Shown piece after piece: positions 62,914 through 64,000 of a stretch of DNA of 64,000 bases. Under the pieces are notes generated by a model. That model was given only the letters and a program-made list of their open reading frames with translations, was not told the origin of the DNA and made no database searches. The DNA comes from Octopus sinensis. Taxonomy: Eukaryota. Both the position numbers and the translations under genes were made by a program. The stretch is taken from contig NC_042997.1 of assembly GCF_006345805.1 (NCBI RefSeq), positions 14,880,001-14,944,000 on the forward strand. Reading direction: 5' to 3'. Every line of letters starts with the position of its first letter. The first letter of the stretch is position 1.

Positions 62914-63349
62914 AACTGCTGTCAATAACTAAGACTATTGTATAAAGCTTTTAAAGGCTTGCATTGTTTTAACAGTGTAAATAATTACCAGTACAGCCTG
63001 TAATTATTTCTTAAATACAGTCATTTTTAGTTTAGCTTTTATTGAAGGACAAAATAATTGTTAGACAACAGTAACACTGTTAAACTGTAAATAAACACTT
63101 TTCTAATTTTTATTTTTATTCTTTTACAATGTCACAACAATATTAATTATTCATTATCATTTGATTTTAGAAATGCTAAATATCCTCTTAAGTATGTGTG
63201 TGTGTACATGTATGATTGTATGTATATATGTGGTTACATAGATAGATGTATGTTGTCATAAATCAATAATAATTTCTACCAATAAGCATTAGGCCATATA
63301 TATTTTGGAGATGGTATATATTTGATTATATCAACTCCAGTACCAGCTT

Positions 63350-63810
63350 GATAAAGTGATACATCATTTTCTATTGTATTACATGCAATGTATCATGTGT
63401 TAAATGTGATACACCGCTGCAGCACAAGCAATACACTAATACAATGCATCCAGTGTACCATTGTATTAGATCATACCAGAGCATTGCATGCGATAAACCA
63501 ATGCTTTAGATGTGATTAACAGTGCATCCAGATGTAATAATTAATATATATGCAATGCACTACTGCATTACATGCAATAAACTAATGAATTAGATGTGAT
63601 AAAAAGTGCATCAGATGTGATAACCAATGTATTAGATGCAATAAAATAATGCATTGGATATAATAAACTAATGCACTAAATGCAATACACTGCACTAGAT
63701 GTGACCGATCAATTACATGTCCTAAGCCGGTGCATTATATGTGATAAACAAGTGCATTAGATGCAATCCACCAGTGTATTCAATATTATAAACCAGTGCA
63801 TTGCAGCTGT
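63350..63810. repeat. Degenerate ~20-22 bp minisatellite
   Basis: Recurrent tagatgtgataaaccagtgcat-like unit. Confidence 0.75.
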
Positions 63811-64000
63811 GATTAGAAATTAAAGGTATTTTTTCATAAAATACAAGATTGCAAATTGATACTTTTCTCTAGAGTATTAGATTGACTGGGTGGATAAGAC
63901 GTCTGCTTTGCAACCACCTGATACAAAATTTGATCCAACTATATAATATCTTGAGCAACCTTGGTAAAAACTGTGCCAAAGTTATATATACACACATATA

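Noticed and set aside
63350-63810. CRISPR-like periodicity
   Set aside because: There is no constant repeat with unique spacers; it is a degenerate tandem repeat.

Overview
AT-rich, repeat-dense animal genomic DNA. The SINE and microsatellite landscape suggests an octopus (inference). The window holds one complete protein-coding gene that the ORF track misses: a 9-exon FBXO31-like F-box gene on the + strand (CDS 17029..57330, 1173 nt, 390 aa), with GT-AG introns, matching phases throughout and a 20-kb first intron. A candidate divergent first exon lies 235 bp upstream on the - strand. The rest is mobile DNA: several modular tRNA-derived SINE families; LINE fragments (CR1, RTE, L1/Tx1, CRE, R4/Dong); Helitrons and HINEs; piggyBac-, hAT- and Merlin/MULE-type MITEs; and decayed Merlin, Tigger and Chapaev-like transposases. 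The most interesting observations are a full 2x2 head/tail SINE shuffling matrix with TSD support, two SINEs inserted at nearly the same site of one MITE family, minimal hammerhead-like folds with a non-canonical core, a cluster of foldback inversions at (TA)n tracts, a CpG-decay domain boundary, and a diverged substrate pocket in the FBXO31 homolog. I see no prokaryotic-type system such as CRISPR.
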